Assembly (NCBI GenBank): GCA_043228905.1
Contig: JBHGNT010000001.1
Span: 14,880,001 to 14,944,000 of the forward strand
Origin: Azolla caroliniana
Taxonomy: Eukaryota; Plantae; Polypodiophyta
Direction: 5' to 3'
DNA: 64,000 bases
The translations under genes and the position numbers were made by a program. Below are positions 59,501 to 64,000 of this stretch, piece by piece (the stretch's first letter is position 1; every line of letters begins with the position of its first letter). The notes below the pieces were generated by a model, which searched no databases, was not told the origin of the DNA, and worked only from the letters and a program-made list of their open reading frames with translations.

Positions 59501-61840
59501 GTTGTAGGTAACCGTTGAATTGACCGGAAAAGTACTCTTTCCCGCCATCCGACCGCAGGCACTTGATCTTTCGTCCCGTTTCCGTTTCCACGAACCCTTT
59601 GAGGTCCCGGAAACAGTCGAAGACTTCGCTCTTCCTCTCAATGAGGTAGATCCACGTGTGCCGCGTGTGGTCGTCGATGAAGGAGACGAAATATCGGCTC
59701 CCGCCAATACTAACGTTTTGTGCCGGCCCCCACACATCGGAGTGTATAAGGTCGAGTTTGTTCCGGCTCCGGTTTCGCTCGTTCGGGAAGGGAAGTCGGT
59801 GTTGCTTCCTGAGCTGGCAGGCTTCACAAATTTGTGCCTTTCGGCCACTAAATTTGGGCAATCCGAACACTACCTGTTTCGATTGCAGATCTTGAAGCCG
59901 TTGGTGGTTGACGTGGCCTATCCGCTTGTGCCACAAGTCGATGTCCGACTCGGTCTTTTGTCCCTTCGCGAACATTGCGGTGCCGCCGTCAGTGGAGTCA
60001 AGGATGAACATCCTTCCGTCTCTGCGCCCTTGCGCAATCACACGGCCTTCTTCCTCAATGAATCACCCGAGGTGTGTAAACCGAACCTCCATCCCTTGGT
60101 CGACGATCTGTCCGACCGAGACCAAGTTCTTCGTGATTGTCGGAACGTGCAGCACGTTAATGAGTTTCCCTTTCTGCCCGACATGGCTATGGGGAACTTC
60201 TTCGACATTCGCGATTGGATGCGGAGTGTCGTCTCCTGTTGTGACTACTCCAGGTTGTATCGGTTTTTCAAGGTACGAGAACCACTCCTTATGGTTCATC
60301 ATGTGGTTTGACGCGCCGAAGTCTACGTACCACACCTCGTCCGATCTCGGGGTGGTCTGCTTCATTGAGTTTGCTTTGTGTCTCGTCACAAAGGTAGTCC
60401 CTTCTCCGGCTCTCCCGGAGTCTTCGGCGTAGTGCGATCGCAGCCGATTTCCCTTGTCGGTATGTCTGGAGCCGTTCCCGGAACCAGTTCTCTCCGAATC
60501 GGCGCGCTTCTTCCAGCACTCACTTTCCTTGTGGCCTTTCTTGCCACAGTACCAGCACTCAGCGATGGACTTCCCTTGCTGGTTCTCATCGCTTCGACTC
60601 CCCCTGTTTCCGGAGGGTCCGGAGTTGTTGTCGGCTTCACTTCGGTGCCTTCTTTCTTGATCTCGTTGGCCGCCTCCATTGCGTGCCGAGTCGCCTCGTC
60701 CTCCACGTCCACGGGGCCTATCTCCCTCCGTGTACAACATTCTGCTGTTGGTGTGCGTGCTTGTAGATGCACCCGCGTGGTTCTCCTCTACCAGGAGCAT
60801 CGACTGTAAGTCGAAAAAGGACGGCGTATTCTCCCGGGTACATCTCGCTCCGAACTTCGACGCCAAACCTTCGAGACAGATCTGGACCATCTCGCTCTCC
60901 TCGATGTTCACCTCTATGGAGGCGAGGGAGTCGCAGATATCCTTGATCTTCGAGGTATAGTCCACCACTGACAAGTCGCGTTGTCGTAGGTTGCTCAACT
61001 CCTGTCGGAGCTGAAGCTTCCTGGCTGTGGTGCTCGTGGCGAAAATCTTCTTCAGATTTTCCCACGCACCCTTCGGCGTCTTTGCATCCCGAACATAGCT
61101 CAATAGCTGTTCGCCCACACACGACGCGAAGCAGTACAATACCCTGCTCGCCGATTGCTCCCACGACGGGAAGTCTCTGTGTGTCGATTCGGGTGCCGCG
61201 TCATTAGGTCCTTCGACATAACTCCAGTAGCCGTGCCGGAGCAGGTACTGGTGCATCTTGTAGGACCAAGATGCGTAGTTGGTTCTGTCGAGCTTCTCTG
61301 TTGGAAGCAAGCTCGCCATGCCTCTATCCATCGTTCTTCTCGTTCTTCTTCGTGAAGCTATGTCGGGTGCAAAGAGGTTCTCAACCCTCGTGCTCTGATA
61401 CCACATAGAAAGTAACGTGCGGAAGCAAGTATGAAGACCGAACAGAAGGAAGGAAACTCAGGTTCAATGGAGAGCTTGAGCTTACGCAATATACTCGGGA
61501 GAGACAGAGAGAGAAAACACAAAAAAACTATATTCAACAATAATACTCAATCTGTACATAAGACGTGCTCAGTGAGCACTTTTATACAAGTCCTAGAAGG
61601 ACTGACCGAAGTACTGACAGTACTTCAATGCTCATCAAGAGCCCCTACACTAACTCCCAAATATATTCCTCACGGAATATCTTTCCTAACGACCTCCCGG
61701 TTTATGCACTCGACCTAACCGATCGGTCCCAACCGATTCGGTCCTCGGCTTCTTCAGCCGATCCGGCCGATGTTGAGCTTGTCTCTCAACACTATTCGGC
61801 TAAGCCGGTTGTCTAACGCTTCCGCACCTTCGTTTTCACA
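50517..61840 (+). mobile_element. Degenerate copia (family B, related to A) with an insertion in its 3' LTR
   Basis: TSD CTTCA (50512-50516, 61841-61845). 5' LTR 50517-50942, PBS 50943-50953, PPT 55745-55756, 3' LTR 55757-56140 plus 61797-61840. gag-pol about 51034-55762 with many stops. Confidence 0.92.
56141..61791 (-). mobile_element. Near-intact copia (family A) nested in the 3' LTR of 50517
   Basis: LTRs 56141-56528 and 61404-61791 (388 bp each, about 6 differences). TSD CTATC/CTATT. PBS ends at 61403; PPT 56529-56540. ORF pieces 60063-61331, 57417-60041 and 56523-57344 with few lesions. Confidence 0.96.
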
Positions 61841-62200
61841 CTTCAACTTTCATATTCCATAATCACAATCTTACGAAAGATTTCAATCTTCAATTGTCGT
61901 TGTGGCTATACTGAGTGCCAATCTAGACCATGCCTATGTACGTGATGGAATATGAACGAGTGGTTTGAGAATGTGATCCATGTTACAACATTATGCCAAG
62001 CAGCCCTTGTAATGATGCATGGGGGACCCAATCAACTTATAATTGATGAGTTTACTTTGTATTAATGAATATGGGGATGCCTCATACTTTGAGATGGTAA
62101 ACTTACGACCATGAGCTTCCATAAGGAAGAATATCAAACTCTTTTGTTCCTTGAATTCCATGTCATAGTATTCCTTGAATATCATAGCGTATAGAATCTC

Positions 62201-63311
62201 TATTGGCCTTCAACATAGTTGCCATAACTTACCATCAATTGCACTCTTTGGGGATTCGGTCCCTCCGGATGGGATCCAGATGAGAACTGGATGACTTGAA
62301 GGAAGGAACCAGACCGGATGGAACTGGATGGTATCCGGAAACTGGATCGGATGGATCCGGAAGGTATCAGGCCGGATCCGATGATGAACAAGAGAAGAGA
62401 CATATTTGTAAATATGCTCCTATGTGCCGTTGAGGTCATACTTGTAAATAGCCTGAAAAGTTATATGAGTATAAATATAACTTAGGGCAATCTTGTTGTT
62501 GTGTGGTTGATATAATGAAGTTGTATAGAGACAGAGAGAGTGAGAGAGAGACATAGAGTCTTTTCTATTGTAACTGCCAGTTGGCGAAGATACAGAGCTC
62601 GAGGTCGTTGCCTCTGAGTCTCATTCTGGAGTCTGTGGGTTCCTGTGGTTGTTTCCCTATTAGTGTTTTCCACGTTAACATCTGGTGTCGTCTTATTTCT
62701 ATTTTTTTGTTTTTTTTCTTCCATTGAGTGATTAAGGGTCGGTTGTGGCCGAGACTATTCCGCACAATCTGGTATCAGAGCATGGAAGGTCCATTCGGCG
62801 GCATGTTCAAGCTCACCAGGTTCAACTACTCAGTGTGGAAGTTGACGATGAGGGACATGGTCGTGGTTAAAGATTCCATACAGTTTGGGGACAAAAGACT
62901 AGACAAGATTGATGCATCAACATGGGAGGTGATGCATAGGAAGACGACAACCTACATTTTATGCTTCATCGATATGAGCCTATACAACAACTTCAATGAA
63001 GGGAGTAAGGCTCATGAACTTTGGGAGAACATAGGCATTATGTTTGAGAACAAGAATGCCATAAATCGAGTCTCAGTATTCCGGAAGTTAGTGAGAGTCT
63101 GATACCCAGACGGATCCAATATGGCAGAGCACATGAATGCCTTCTAGGGGATAATAAACCAAACAACCTCGTTGGAAGTACCTCTAGTTGATGAGGTACT
63201 TGCGCTGTTGCTGCTCGGTTCCCTCTCGGATAGTTGGGAGATGCTAGTTGTCACTTTGGGCAACGCCAGGCCGGAAGGGAAACACCGACCCCTAGCAAGG
63301 GTAAAATCAGT
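62201..63311 (+). mobile_element. 5' LTR, PBS and truncated gag of another copia
   Basis: LTR ends ...ccgcaca at 62766. PBS TGGTATCAGAGC 62770-62781 directly followed by ATG (MEGPFGGMFKLTRFNYSVWK...LL.SLSDSWE.LVVTL). LTR start inferred (tattgg). Confidence 0.75.
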
Positions 63312-64000
63312 ATCCTGAAATATCCAAATCTTTATACCTAAAACCCCATAAACTATTTGAGCTGAATGGTGACAATATTTTATACGTGCTTTGATTGTTT
63401 GGAGAGGTACTCTACCTTCTCTAGCCCACTCGAATCGAGCCATTTCACTTCTATTGAGACGTCCTGCCAACCGACTCGATAACCCTTTTCATCGTCCGTC
63501 GAAAAGAAACTCTATTTCTTAATTATGAAGCAACATGTTACGCTAGGATCTTTGGTTCCCCGTACAGTTGAATAACGTTATTTAGAGTTATTCGAAGTTT
63601 TCTATCTCCAATACCTAGCGTAGTATCTTAATACCCTTATTACTAGTCCTCCCAATCGACTCGATAGCCCTTTTCATCGCCCTTCGAAAAGAAACTCTAT
63701 TTCTTAATTATGAAGCAACATGTTCCGCTAGGATCTTTGGTTCCCCGTACAGTTGAATAACGTTATTTAGAGTTATTCGAAGTTTTCAATCTCCAATACC
63801 TAGCATAGTATCTACATCATGTTTCAACCGATCAATCTTTAGACTATGTTCTTATATCAATAAATCGGGAGATCCGGTATTTATTTCAATTTTAATAAGA
63901 TCCGTTTCTCGTTGAATCTCTATATGCCCTATTCCGCCATAGTTTGAGGAGTCTTTCAAACTCCCTTCCATGTACTTTTCAATTAAGGTGCGCATCCTTC
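63312..64000 (-). pseudogene. rps3: Nuclear plastid DNA insertion (NUPT): rearranged plastid rps3 fragment
   Basis: [30 protein letters not shown]...[11 protein letters not shown] and NYGGIGHIEIQR.TDLIKIEI.TG..YGEPKILAE.VA..LRNRVSFRRAMKRAIE..KGIKI; about 150-bp internal duplication; in-frame stops. Confidence 0.92.

Noticed and set aside
63144-63470. rps3-gag fusion protein ORF
   Set aside because: No ATG; the rps3 tail simply runs into antisense gag sequence.

Overview
Repeat-dense land-plant nuclear DNA; a plastid rps3 insertion with apparently unedited codons hints at a fern, hornwort or lycophyte. About two-thirds of the window is nested Ty1/copia LTR retrotransposons. There are eight copia insertions, most with recoverable 5-bp TSDs, including an intact, very young copy (35090-40526; one 1337-aa gag-pol ORF; LTRs differ only in a microsatellite). 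There are also two solo LTRs, three LINE relics, a hAT MITE and a hAT relic. Host genes are a small plant protein with YTSL.DL/AARAYLQP motifs (11275-11787, -), an SNC2/RLP51-like Pro-rich receptor-like protein (45977-47608, -) and a PXC3-like LRR-RLK pseudogene split by a nested LTR stack. Most unusual: (1) a solo LTR with a correctly spaced tRNA-type A/B box pointing outward, back-to-back with a perfect heat-shock element and TATA; (2) a copia group with a duplicated PPT and a 140-175 aa charged extension after RNase H that stops inside the 3' LTR; (3) a three-LTR element inside one TSD; (4) a TSD-flanked element whose two LTRs carry different U5 regions. All calls are by eye; no searches were run.
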